This document shows, in pieces, positions 1 to 8,915 of a stretch of DNA of 45,433 nucleotides. Location of the stretch: contig JACKGA010000005.1 in the NCBI GenBank assembly GCA_020632195.1, positions 1-45,433 of the forward strand, written 5' to 3'. The translations under genes and the position numbers were made by a program. Within the stretch, counting starts at the first letter, position 1, and each line of letters begins with the position of its first letter. Under the pieces are notes generated by a model. It was not told the DNA's origin. It saw nothing but the letters and a program-made list of their open reading frames with translations, and ran no database searches. The DNA is from Candidatus Nomurabacteria bacterium. Its GTDB lineage: Bacteria > Patescibacteriota > Minisyncoccia > Phycocordibacterales > UBA1006.

Positions 1-42
1 GTCACTTTCGCCAGTATAGACATTTTGCCTACTTAGGCAAGC

Positions 43-708
43 CTATTCTTCATCACGTTTCTCAATTCCCCAAAAACTCTTTTTTTTCTCTTGAGCAGTG
101 CGAATCCATTTGAGAAAATTTCGGTGAATGAGTATGATCGCAATAATAACCAAAAGAATTAAAATTCCCACCATAATACTATTCCCGACGGTCTGAATGC
201 CTTTGGCAATATGCTCTACACGATCACCGAGATGTTTCCCGATCCAGAGCATAATAGGTACATACACAGCAAGTGCGACGGCATTCCAGAAAGTGAATTT
301 TTTCCATGGCATCTTTACGGTACCCGCGAGAAAAGGACCGAGGAAACGTACCTGAAAGACAAAGCGTGAAAGTACCACAATTTTCGTAATATGACGCTCG
401 ATAAAGTCCATCCGGCTTTCCATGCTATTGCCAAAGATTTTTTCTTTAAATTTGATGAGTCCTCTTTTCAAAAAACCACTTCCCCCTCGCACAAACCAGT
501 ACAACAATTGGTCCATACTCATCAAAACGACGTACAAGATAATAAAGGCAAACCAAAAAGGAAATGCTCCAGCGCCAACAATTGAGCCCATCAGGAGGAT
601 AAAGAGCTCCTCAGGAATACCAGGAAAAAGATTGGCTACCAATGTTGCTCCAGCAATCGCCAAAACAGAACCTGTGCTTAATTGTGTTACGAGCGAAGAA
701 ATCTCCAT
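43..708 (-). CDS. DedA family membrane protein
   Basis: 221 aa hydrophobic ORF with GIPEE, re-entrant helix region and SRFVFQVRFLGPFLAG..KMPWKKFTFWN DedA motif. Confidence 0.85.
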   Translation of the reverse strand: MEISSLVTQLSTGSVLAIAGATLVANLFPGIPEELFILLMGSIVGAGAFPFWFAFIILYVVLMSMDQLLYWFVRGGSGFLKRGLIKFKEKIFGNSMESRMDFIERHITKIVVLSRFVFQVRFLGPFLAGTVKMPWKKFTFWNAVALAVYVPIMLWIGKHLGDRVEHIAKGIQTVGNSIMVGILILLVIIAIILIHRNFLKWIRTAQEKKKSFWGIEKRDEE

Positions 709-742
709 AGATAGATCACTAAAAACTATCGTATATCATAGC

Positions 743-768
743 ATAAAACCCCGCTGTCGGGGTTTTAT
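743..768 (-). terminator. Bidirectional-type hairpin downstream of rpsT
   Basis: ATAAAACCCC-gctgtc-GGGGTTTTAT, 10-bp stem with A/T tails. Confidence 0.7.
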
Positions 769-777
769 GGGGATATC

Positions 778-1041
778 TTATCCAAGATTTTTGAGAGTCT
801 TTACCAGGCGTGATTTTTTGCGTGCAGCTGAGTTTTTTTTGATAACTCCGGCTTTGGCAGCCTTATCGATGGATTGATAAAGCTTATTAACAAGCTCTTG
901 TGCGCCTTTGGTGTCTTTGGCTACAATCAATTTTTTGAAAGCCTTGACCTGTTCGCGCATAGCACGACGACGCTTGTCATTTGTTGTACGACGACGCGCA
1001 TCACGAGTCATGGCTTTTTTTCCTGCTTTGAGAATTGGCAT
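778..1041 (-). CDS. rpsT: 30S ribosomal protein S20
   Basis: 87 aa basic protein MPILKAGKKAM...IDKAAKAGVIKKNSAARKKSRL. Confidence 0.97.
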   Translation of the reverse strand: MPILKAGKKAMTRDARRRTTNDKRRRAMREQVKAFKKLIVAKDTKGAQELVNKLYQSIDKAAKAGVIKKNSAARKKSRLVKTLKNLG

Positions 1042-1192
1042 AGATAAATAAAATGTGTGTTAATTATATAATGTATGTACTGAGATATTATTATACCCTC
1101 AGTACGGACATCTGAGACAGCGAGATAATAGCGTATAGGTTGGATTTTAGCAAGAGACCGCTCTTGAGCTTCATTTCTGCTATACTATGACC

Positions 1193-1759
1193 ATGATCAA
1201 TTATATTACTGGAACGATTATCCATATCGATATCAATGCATTGGTGATTGAAGCTCACGGTATTGGGTATCGTGTTTTTGTCCCACAGCATGTGGTTGGA
1301 CAAGCTTGCGCCCACGAAACGATCTCGCTTTGGACGAGTTTCGTCGTGCGTGAACAATCGCAAGACCTCTACGGATTCCCGACACGTGACGAATATCAAC
1401 TTTTTGAAAAAGTCATTACCGTTTCTGGGATAGGTCCGAAAACTGCCCTTGGTCTTTTCGATACGCTTCCTCTCGAGTCATTGGTTCAAGCATTGGTGAA
1501 TCGTGATGCCGCAGCTCTTGCGCGTACTCCCGGAATTGGAAAGAAGGGTGCAGAAAAAATCGTTCTTGAACTCGCTGACAAAGTCGAAGGATTTCTTTCA
1601 TCGGGGAGTACGGCTCCGTATAGCTCCCACACTGATCTGGCAGATGCGCTGGCAAGTCTTGGATATTCGACAGGTCAGATTAGAAATGTTTTGTCATCTA
1701 TTGATACCACGCTTGGGCTCGAGGAGCAGTTACGCGTGGCACTGAGAGAATTGCAGTAA
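1193..1759 (+). CDS. ruvA: Holliday junction branch migration protein RuvA
   Basis: MINYITG, HGIGY, VREQSQDLYGF, VSGIGPKTAL, PGIGKKGAEKIVLEL, LASLGY; start moved to ATG 1193, 6 nt after TGcTATACT. Confidence 0.95.
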   Translation: MINYITGTIIHIDINALVIEAHGIGYRVFVPQHVVGQACAHETISLWTSFVVREQSQDLYGFPTRDEYQLFEKVITVSGIGPKTALGLFDTLPLESLVQALVNRDAAALARTPGIGKKGAEKIVLELADKVEGFLSSGSTAPYSSHTDLADALASLGYSTGQIRNVLSSIDTTLGLEEQLRVALRELQ

Positions 1760-1763
1760 TCAA

Positions 1764-1799
1764 AGAGAAAACCAGCGTTGGCATGCGCTGGTTTTCTCT
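1764..1799. terminator. Bidirectional terminator between convergent genes
   Basis: AGAGAAAACCAGCG-8 nt-CGCTGGTTTTCTCT, 14-bp perfect stem. Confidence 0.8.
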
Positions 1800-1813
1800 C
1801 TAGAGTAGTTCTT

Positions 1814-2002
1814 TTAAAAGTGATCAAGCGTAAAGACGCTATTGAGCATATCTTCCCAAGGTTTATGTAAAAATGACATGATAATCATTGATGGCACGAC
1901 AAAAACAGACAAAAGGACAAATAATCCAATTTTTAAAATAGTGAGAATAAGTGCACCAATTGTCCCAAAAATACTTTCTAACATAGTGTTGCTATACATC
2001 AT
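1814..2002 (-). CDS. Small membrane protein
   Basis: 62 aa hydrophobic ORF after a GGAGGG SD; overlaps the dksA stop; start could also be 1984. Confidence 0.55.
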   Translation of the reverse strand: MMYSNTMLESIFGTIGALILTILKIGLFVLLSVFVVPSMIIMSFLHKPWEDMLNSVFTLDHF

Positions 2003-2378
2003 TTCCCTCCTTCTCCATTTCGCTGATGGTTGTGGTTGCCGCAGGATTTGCAAGAAGGCGCTCCACTTCGATAGGTTCTTGCGACTTTTCAGAGAGTCCA
2101 TAAGTCCCTTTGTCCATACGTGACAAAGCTTCTTTGACCTGCCCCAGGCGTGCCTCAAGTTCGCTTACGGCTGCTCCACGAGTGAAAAATTCCTCCATAC
2201 GATCTGCTTGAACAGTGTAGTCTTCCTCGCTTTCATCAGGTTTTGGCGGGACAGCTGCCCAGTCGCCATCTGTGGCAATCACGCGGCCATTATCGCTTAA
2301 AGCTTCTTCTAATTGTTGTTGCTCATCCAAGAGCATGGTTTTGAGCTTTTCAAATGTTTCAGATTGAATGTGTTGCAT
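1992..2378 (-). CDS. TraR/DksA family protein, cysteine-free
   Basis: Coiled coil plus ALSRMDKGTYGLSEKSQEPIEVERLLANPAATT; Zn-ligand positions are Ser/Thr/Glu. Confidence 0.85.
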   Translation of the reverse strand: MQHIQSETFEKLKTMLLDEQQQLEEALSDNGRVIATDGDWAAVPPKPDESEEDYTVQADRMEEFFTRGAAVSELEARLGQVKEALSRMDKGTYGLSEKSQEPIEVERLLANPAATTTISEMEKEGNDV

Positions 2379-2434
2379 ATATCTTTATTATAGCACTCAA
2401 AAACTTTTCACGGAAACAAGAATCCGCTGAAGTG

Positions 2435-4369
2435 CTATTGTGAGTGTCCCGCCTCTCCTAATCGCTCGATAATAGCGTCAATGACATCCACGTGCGTCGT
2501 TATGACAATATACTGATTTCCGAGGAACGCCCAGTAGAGGACGGGTACCAGAGGGCCTTCGATATAGGTAGTAATTTCTTCTTCCGTCTGAGCATATTTT
2601 ACCAGCTCCCCATTCTCATCAGGCTTGAGTATAAGGGTAGCTCCCTCGGGGACGTCTGCTGAAAGTTCTCGTAAACTTACATCATGCGTCATAATGGTAA
2701 ATGAGTCATTGGTAAGGACAAAATCATCAATCATACGAATAAAGGCAGCACTTAATGCATTGGAACGATTGGTAATAACATCGCCAACAGATAAATCCTT
2801 GAGGAAGGCATCAGGCTGGGCAAAGATGATCTCAGTGTCAGTAATTGTGGTAATAGCAGCAAGCGTGCTATCCGGAAGTGGGTGACGTGGGATTTCTTCA
2901 ATGGGTTTTTCTACGATACGCGTATCCATCTGACGTGTCACGGTTGGTGCACGCAAGACACGCATCGGAGTATTCAAAAGAAGAGTGTCTGCAAATGGTT
3001 GATCATATAGGCTCGGTTGGCGCACCGTATCGGTAATGCGTAGGACATCTTGGAGATCTTCAACCATACTGGTCTCCCACTGAGACATGCCCACAAAAGC
3101 TCCATCGATAGAAGTAATATCCAGCATCAAGAATGCATGCTCTTCGGTAGGGAGTCCGTAGAGACCATAGGTAAAGCTCTTATCAATCGAACGATCAAGA
3201 CCTTTTGGAAGCACCACCTCAAATGATTGTAAAAAAGTCTGGATTGATGCTGGGCGTTCAATACCTGCAATGCGAATAGTTGGGAAGATGTGTAGCAGTG
3301 TTTTATTGGAGACGCGGTGTTGCCCCATAAGTTCTTTTAACCCATCGCGAGCCTGAAAGATGGAAGCAAAAGGAGTAAGATCAAAAGAAACCGACTCATT
3401 GACACGAAAAGGCGTCACTCCGAGAGTTGTTTTGGTATTAATGACGACCGCTTCTGGCTCATAGGTGCGACCTTTGCGAATCAATACTACTCCGAGGACA
3501 ATCAAGAGAAGCGTGAGTATCCCAAAGACTATGTTCATCTGTGTCTTCTTCTTCTTTTCTTTTTTTCTTTGCTCGCGCAAGCGTTCTTCATGAAGCATAT
3601 CAGCCATAGCTTTGGCGCTTGAAGTATTGATCGTATCAGCAATGTCCTTATACATAGTTTCCATGCCGCTATCGTCTTCTTTGATCTCATAGGCTTCATC
3701 TCGATTGGGAATCGATTCGTCCCCAGTAGGATTCACGGACATGTCGATGCCTGCATATTTCAGTTCTTCATTGAGATCATGAAATGTTTGTTCCTCCGTA
3801 CTGGGTACGGGGGTAGTGATCTCTTCAAGAGTTTGGAGGACAAAGGGGGCTTCGTGCACGCCATCTGCATCAGTGAAATGACCATGCTGTGCCAGGGGTA
3901 TGAGTTGCACCCCGAGGAGTTCAGCAACTTTTTCACTATGGAGTGGGGCAACAAAAGGATCATCAGATGAGGCGATAACAGCAGCTCGTCCCATATGCTG
4001 GTGAATGGCATGCCAATTGAAAGCTTTGGTAAGAAATGTTGCATTGACCAAGTTCAGACCCTCGTGTTCGATAGCTTCGGTAAAGGGAGCTACAAAGATA
4101 CAACCAGCAATCGTGAGATCAGTATTCTCAAGTTCACGTAGAATAAAAGCACACCCGATGCTATGTCCAATGAAAACAGTTTCCGCATTGACATGGTGAC
4201 GATAGGGTTCAAATGCTTCCTGCCAACTCGTCAGTGATTGGTGTTCGGGTGTAGGGAACCGTGGTACAAAAACCTCGTACCCTTGTTCTTCGAGTTTTTG
4301 TTTGAGCCACGGATACCAATTGGCGTCAGGACTCATATAGGAACCATGTATGATAAAGGCATTTTTCAT
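2435..4369 (-). CDS. RBBP9/YdeN alpha/beta hydrolase fused to a TM helix and a CPR-type extracellular domain
   Basis: MKNAFIIHG, NWYPWLK, GHSIG nucleophile elbow, SSDDPFV, GHF; TM helix IVFGILTLLLIVLGVVLI; 644 aa from ATG 4369. Confidence 0.75.
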   Translation of the reverse strand: MKNAFIIHGSYMSPDANWYPWLKQKLEEQGYEVFVPRFPTPEHQSLTSWQEAFEPYRHHVNAETVFIGHSIGCAFILRELENTDLTIAGCIFVAPFTEAIEHEGLNLVNATFLTKAFNWHAIHQHMGRAAVIASSDDPFVAPLHSEKVAELLGVQLIPLAQHGHFTDADGVHEAPFVLQTLEEITTPVPSTEEQTFHDLNEELKYAGIDMSVNPTGDESIPNRDEAYEIKEDDSGMETMYKDIADTINTSSAKAMADMLHEERLREQRKKEKKKKTQMNIVFGILTLLLIVLGVVLIRKGRTYEPEAVVINTKTTLGVTPFRVNESVSFDLTPFASIFQARDGLKELMGQHRVSNKTLLHIFPTIRIAGIERPASIQTFLQSFEVVLPKGLDRSIDKSFTYGLYGLPTEEHAFLMLDITSIDGAFVGMSQWETSMVEDLQDVLRITDTVRQPSLYDQPFADTLLLNTPMRVLRAPTVTRQMDTRIVEKPIEEIPRHPLPDSTLAAITTITDTEIIFAQPDAFLKDLSVGDVITNRSNALSAAFIRMIDDFVLTNDSFTIMTHDVSLRELSADVPEGATLILKPDENGELVKYAQTEEEITTYIEGPLVPVLYWAFLGNQYIVITTHVDVIDAIIERLGEAGHSQ

Positions 4370-4441
4370 GTACATACAGTATAGCAAATATATGAGAGCA
4401 CTCACTTGCAAGTTTCCACTTTCCGCTCTACACTTAATCAT

Positions 4442-4993
4442 ATGTCTATTATCAAACATTCGGAACAACGTGTCGGTGTCTTCATCGATGCTCAGAACCT
4501 CTATCACTCGGCGCGACATTTATTTAATAAGCGTGTGAATTTCGATGCAGTGCTTAAAGATGCTGTAGCGGGACGTAAACTCATTCGTGCGCTTGCATAT
4601 GTCATTACCTCAGAAACTGGCGATGAACAGACCTTTTTTGAAGCGCTGACTAAACAAGGAATTGAGACCAAAACAAAAGATTTGCAAATTTTCGCAGATG
4701 GATCCAAAAAAGCTGATTGGGATGTGGGTCTTGCCGTTGATGCGATTAAGCTTGCCCCCCGATTGGATGCTATTATCATTATTTCAGGTGATGGTGACTT
4801 TGTCCCGCTGGTACAATATCTTCAGCATGCCGTGGGAGCACAGGTAGAGGTAGTTTCTTTCAGATCTTCTTCTTCTATGAATCTTATTGAAGCTGCTGAT
4901 GATTTTCTCGATCTCGCTGAAGACCCCAAAAAATATCTGCTCGGGTCGAAGCGCGCACGTTCACGACGCCGTACGTCAACAAAGAGGAAGTAA
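4442..4993 (+). CDS. NYN domain protein (LabA/DUF88, PIN-like)
   Basis: VFIDAQN, KADWDVGLAVD, ISGDGDFVPL; basic C-terminal tail. Confidence 0.9.
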   Translation: MSIIKHSEQRVGVFIDAQNLYHSARHLFNKRVNFDAVLKDAVAGRKLIRALAYVITSETGDEQTFFEALTKQGIETKTKDLQIFADGSKKADWDVGLAVDAIKLAPRLDAIIIISGDGDFVPLVQYLQHAVGAQVEVVSFRSSSSMNLIEAADDFLDLAEDPKKYLLGSKRARSRRRTSTKRK

Positions 4994-5121
4994 GTTGCTC
5001 TGTCTTCCTTATTCTTTTTTACAAAGAGGACAATGCAAAACATATAAAAGTATAAAAATTGTTCATATCTTTTTTACATAACCATTTGTACTTTTTGGTG
5101 TGGGTAATTTATAATTACACT

Positions 5122-7257
5122 ATGAAACAGCCTGATCAAAATTCTTTTAATAATCAATCTTTTAGGGAAGATCTTCGTTCTGAAATTCCAGAAAATGTTA
5201 GGAATATACTCGATTACTATGCTTCCCAAAAAAAGAAAGAGGAAGGACTTCAAGATAACAACATTGAAGCACGTGAAAATCTTTATCCAGAATTAGCATA
5301 TGATCCTTATAAAAACCCTTTGGATCTTTTTTATGAAATCATGAGTTCGGGAGTAGATGATGCATCGACAGACATTCTTTATGCACTTAAAGATATGCCA
5401 GAGAATTTCTCTCAACTTAGCTCTCAAGAACTGGAAGAAAAGCTACAAACCGCAAGGGGCATACAAGAAAGAAAACTCAATGAGGCATATACGATTTTAG
5501 AAACAAGGATTGTAAGTGGAAACCCCCAAGAGCAATATAATGCTTTTCACGACCTCTTGAGTATGGAGTTTGGTAAATTTGAAAAGCTTTTAGAAAATCC
5601 TAACCTTACTGGATTAAAAGATTTCTTTGAGAACCTCGACACTACTCAGGGGGCCTATTATTACCAACGTTATTTTGAGACATATCAGCATGAGGGTAAA
5701 TTGAAGTATAAAGAGAAAGTAGCATTATCAAACGGTGGCGAGCTCCAGAGCTGGTCAAGCTATCCTTCTACAATAAAGATATATACAAATCCACAAGAGA
5801 AAAGGAAACAATACGAGCTCCGTGAGCGTTATGATGAACTTACTCACAACGCTCATGATAAGAGTCACTCGAGCCCAGCTTTAGAAAAAATAATACGTGC
5901 ACAATGGAATTTGAAATCAAAAATAAAAGATACCCCTATCACATCACAGCGGCTAGGCCTTGTTACAGAAGTGGACCAACAAGATATCAAAGATTATGTT
6001 GAAATCTTACTTTCGCGTATAGGCAATGATATTGAGTCTGACTTTAATTTTAAGCTTAATGAGCTCCCTCTTGATCTTGGTATTCAATTTATTAATTTCA
6101 TTAAACATGCAACTAAAGAAAAAGTTGATCGTACCCAAGTCCTTTCTCAACAACATGGTAAGTATTTTATTCATACCTTCCTCTCCCTCGCCCACGGTGG
6201 TCCTGAAATGGGAGAAAAAATCCTCGAACTCGGCGAACAACTACCACCGGAAACCGCACAAAAAATATTCAATAAATACGCAGAGCTGGTCGATCGTGTT
6301 AATGAGGTATTGGAATTCACCAAAAATGGATTCAAACAGGAGCTCCAGACACAACCAGAGATGATCAATGATATCCAACAGACCCTCTATAAACGTGGCG
6401 TTGCATTACTCGATAACTTCTATCAGGACATACAATCCAGTCAGGATATTGAATCGTTAGCCACCGAGATCGAACAACAACTGGATCGCATTAATGCTGA
6501 CACCGTAACCACATTGGCAGTTTTTAAACATGCTCTACGCGAAGGTCACCAGTTACCTCTGGAGGATATCAAGGGTGCAACATTCGAATCCCACCATCCA
6601 TCAGATTTTACCCCAGAACAGATTGCAGAAATGCGTGATATCTATGAAACCAATTGGGAGCATTATTCAGATAAAGCATTTGTGCAGCATATTCTTAAAT
6701 ATTTTGATACGGCTTTTGATACATCAAACACATTACAGAACACCCTGTACACCTTTGAAAAAGATAACCATATCCAAGCTTTTATTCGATTCGAGGAAAA
6801 AGAGCCTGGTACACGATATGCTAGCGCACTGAATGTAGATGAAAATATGCAAGGACTTGCGCTGGGGGAAGCTATGATGGATGAGGCACTCAAAAAAGAA
6901 GCCACATCCTCAGTGCTCAAAGCTGTCTGTGATCCAACGAGCCGCTCAAATATGCGTTACTTTGAAATGGGATTTATAGCAACAGGATTTACGGATGATA
7001 ACCCACCAGTCTTCAAGATTGAATGGGATAATGAAAAGAATACACACTATCGTACCAAAGCTATGCCCATAAACGAGATTTTGCATCTCTCTCCCTCAGA
7101 AAAAACTATCGAAGTACACTCATCTGCGAGCCTACAAGAGCTTCATCAAGGATTTCCTGAGAATAAAGTACTCACCCGATGCTTCCAGGATCCTGTGGGG
7201 AGAGGAGATTGGTATGCTGTCTATGAAGATGCGGTCACACGTTCAGAAGATTCATAG
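5122..7257 (+). CDS. Large hypothetical protein with C-terminal GNAT-like domain
   Basis: 711 aa; IQAFIRFE...SALNVDENMQGLALGEAMM resembles GNAT motif A, followed by YFEMGF. Confidence 0.65.
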   Translation: MKQPDQNSFNNQSFREDLRSEIPENVRNILDYYASQKKKEEGLQDNNIEARENLYPELAYDPYKNPLDLFYEIMSSGVDDASTDILYALKDMPENFSQLSSQELEEKLQTARGIQERKLNEAYTILETRIVSGNPQEQYNAFHDLLSMEFGKFEKLLENPNLTGLKDFFENLDTTQGAYYYQRYFETYQHEGKLKYKEKVALSNGGELQSWSSYPSTIKIYTNPQEKRKQYELRERYDELTHNAHDKSHSSPALEKIIRAQWNLKSKIKDTPITSQRLGLVTEVDQQDIKDYVEILLSRIGNDIESDFNFKLNELPLDLGIQFINFIKHATKEKVDRTQVLSQQHGKYFIHTFLSLAHGGPEMGEKILELGEQLPPETAQKIFNKYAELVDRVNEVLEFTKNGFKQELQTQPEMINDIQQTLYKRGVALLDNFYQDIQSSQDIESLATEIEQQLDRINADTVTTLAVFKHALREGHQLPLEDIKGATFESHHPSDFTPEQIAEMRDIYETNWEHYSDKAFVQHILKYFDTAFDTSNTLQNTLYTFEKDNHIQAFIRFEEKEPGTRYASALNVDENMQGLALGEAMMDEALKKEATSSVLKAVCDPTSRSNMRYFEMGFIATGFTDDNPPVFKIEWDNEKNTHYRTKAMPINEILHLSPSEKTIEVHSSASLQELHQGFPENKVLTRCFQDPVGRGDWYAVYEDAVTRSEDS

Positions 7258-8048
7258 AGTGCGTAAAACATACTTTTGAAGAGATCGCTAATACGTTTAT
7301 CCTCAATAATAACCCCAATAAGATTTTCATCTGAAACGGTGATAATACCGACCTTATTATCATAAATCTGTAGAGCCGCCTCAACGGTGTTGAGAGGACT
7401 TTTTGAATATCTGAAGTCGGTTACTTTCAGATACTGTGGGTCGCGACGAGAGCGCTCATCAAACCAGGTGCGTGCATAGATATTTTCAAGGATAAGAATC
7501 TTTTTCTTGATCCCAATAATCTCTCGATCGCGCACATAGCGATCATTGATATCTTTGAAGTGTTTTTCTACCACCTCAATATCAAGATAGGTGAGCACCT
7601 CTTCTTTGGTTTTCAGGGTGTCTTTCAGTACTTCCCAGATTCCCTCTTTTCCTTCAAAGAATCGTACATTAGGCTTTCCTGTTGCAAGATTGAAATCTGA
7701 TGCCATATTTCCTAGATCTCGTTCTATTTCCAACTCTGCCTTTGCGAGTTTTTGTTTTTGCTTTTCGAGTACCTTGGTGAGATAGGAGGGATGTTTTGCT
7801 TCAAAATATGCTGGCGAACCCTCTTCATCTATTTTTTCAATAACCCCCTTTTCTAGGAGCTTATCCAGCCCACGATAGGTAAGTACTCGTGAAATACCCG
7901 TTCCTATGCCAATTTCAGAGGCTTTTTTACTATGATTTTTTAATACATATTCATAGATTTTTACTTCATCTATACCAAATCCTAAATCTAATAATGTTTC
8001 AGAATACGATAATTCTTGTTTTTTTGATGTGTTTTGACTATTTTTCAT
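7221..8048 (-). CDS. TrmB family transcriptional regulator
   Basis: N-terminal wHTH (LLDLGFGIDEVKIY...ISRVLTYRGLDKLLEKG) and C-terminal PLD-like effector domain (VRFFEGKEGI, IYDNKV). Confidence 0.85.
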   Translation of the reverse strand: MKNSQNTSKKQELSYSETLLDLGFGIDEVKIYEYVLKNHSKKASEIGIGTGISRVLTYRGLDKLLEKGVIEKIDEEGSPAYFEAKHPSYLTKVLEKQKQKLAKAELEIERDLGNMASDFNLATGKPNVRFFEGKEGIWEVLKDTLKTKEEVLTYLDIEVVEKHFKDINDRYVRDREIIGIKKKILILENIYARTWFDERSRRDPQYLKVTDFRYSKSPLNTVEAALQIYDNKVGIITVSDENLIGVIIEDKRISDLFKSMFYALYESSERVTASS

Positions 8049-8056
8049 ATATTTAT

Positions 8057-8075
8057 TGTAACAAAAGTAGTTACA
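8057..8075. promoter_or_regulatory. Palindromic operator candidate over the trmB promoter
   Basis: TGTAAC-N7-GTTACA overlapping the minus-strand TGtTACAAT -10 element. Confidence 0.5.
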
Positions 8076-8147
8076 TAATGCAACTATATACACATAATAA
8101 CTATATAATACAACACTTCTTTGTAATATTAGTATGTTATTTAAAGC

Positions 8148-8175
8148 TTTACAAAAGATTTTAAAATGTTATAAT
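8148..8175 (+). promoter_or_regulatory. Sigma70 promoter facing the island
   Basis: TTTACA (8148-8153), 16-nt spacer, extended TGnTATAAT (8167-8175); predicted TSS about 8182. Confidence 0.75.
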
Positions 8176-8181
8176 TACATC

Positions 8182-8915
8182 AAGAAAAGTTAAGGAAGTC
8201 AAAAGACAGATTTAACAGAGAGAGGTTCATTACAACAAATCAATCGACATCCCCTGTTGGGAGATGAAGGTTCCGCTTCTCGCGATATCATATACCGATT
8301 GGAACCCGGTCACTAGATATGTCGAGCACCTATCGAGCCTGTTGGCGTTCGAGATAGGCAGAAGAAGCCTAACGGTTCTGAAGAGATCCGCTGAGTATCA
8401 GGACTAACCCCCCTGATAACCAGAAATCTCTTCATAACCCCGGACCACGTTCGGGACAAACTGAGAGAGGAGAAACACATGTAAATATAGACACATGAAA
8501 AATACTTACCGAAAGAATAGTGGAGAGATAGGTAATAGAGAACAAACTTATACTTTGAAGTCCCTGTAGATGTATTACCCCCACTGTTCTCTCGGGAAGA
8601 GAGAGATTCAAAAAAGTTCACTGTTAATTAAAAAACATCAGATTCATATCTTTGTTGAGGTCAGAAAGTGACGTTAGAGGATATGAAGAAGCTGAATACC
8701 ATATGCGTGATGATCATCACAATACTTCTGGAGAGAGGTTTGGTTGTGATGGTCACCGCATACCCAGACATATATCATGATGGTACACATGAGACTCTTT
8801 GACTTAGATCCTGAAATATATTCAGGACAAGAGAGCCTCTTTGCTATCAATAACGTGATACAGAGAGGCTCATAGTCCCCGCCTACGCGAGGATAAACAG
8901 TGAACCTCTCTCAAT
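8182..8915 (+). ncRNA. Candidate large structured non-coding RNA, about 730 nt
   Basis: No + strand ORF of 60 aa or more; closing stem 8218-8229/8901-8912 (12 bp perfect); at least 11 internal helices with G-U pairs; upstream promoter. Confidence 0.7.

Noticed and set aside
8313-8621. 102-aa minus-strand ORF inside the candidate ncRNA
   Set aside because: Biased composition, no motif or expression signals; probably a shadow frame.
8218-8912. MITE with 12-bp terminal inverted repeats
   Set aside because: No target-site duplication in the flanks and no second copy in the window; internal G-U-rich helices fit RNA better.
8182-8915. Group I intron (GGACTA 8401-06 pairs with TAGTCC 8873-78, like P7)
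   Set aside because: No bulged-nucleotide G-binding geometry, no recognisable P3/P4/P6 order, about 470 nt between the P7 strands, and no host gene to interrupt. A cmsearch with group I models is still worth running.
8182-8915. RNase P RNA, tmRNA, SRP RNA or group II intron
   Set aside because: GAGGAAAGTCC, tRNA-like ends with a T-loop, the SRP helix 8 motif and domain V are all absent.
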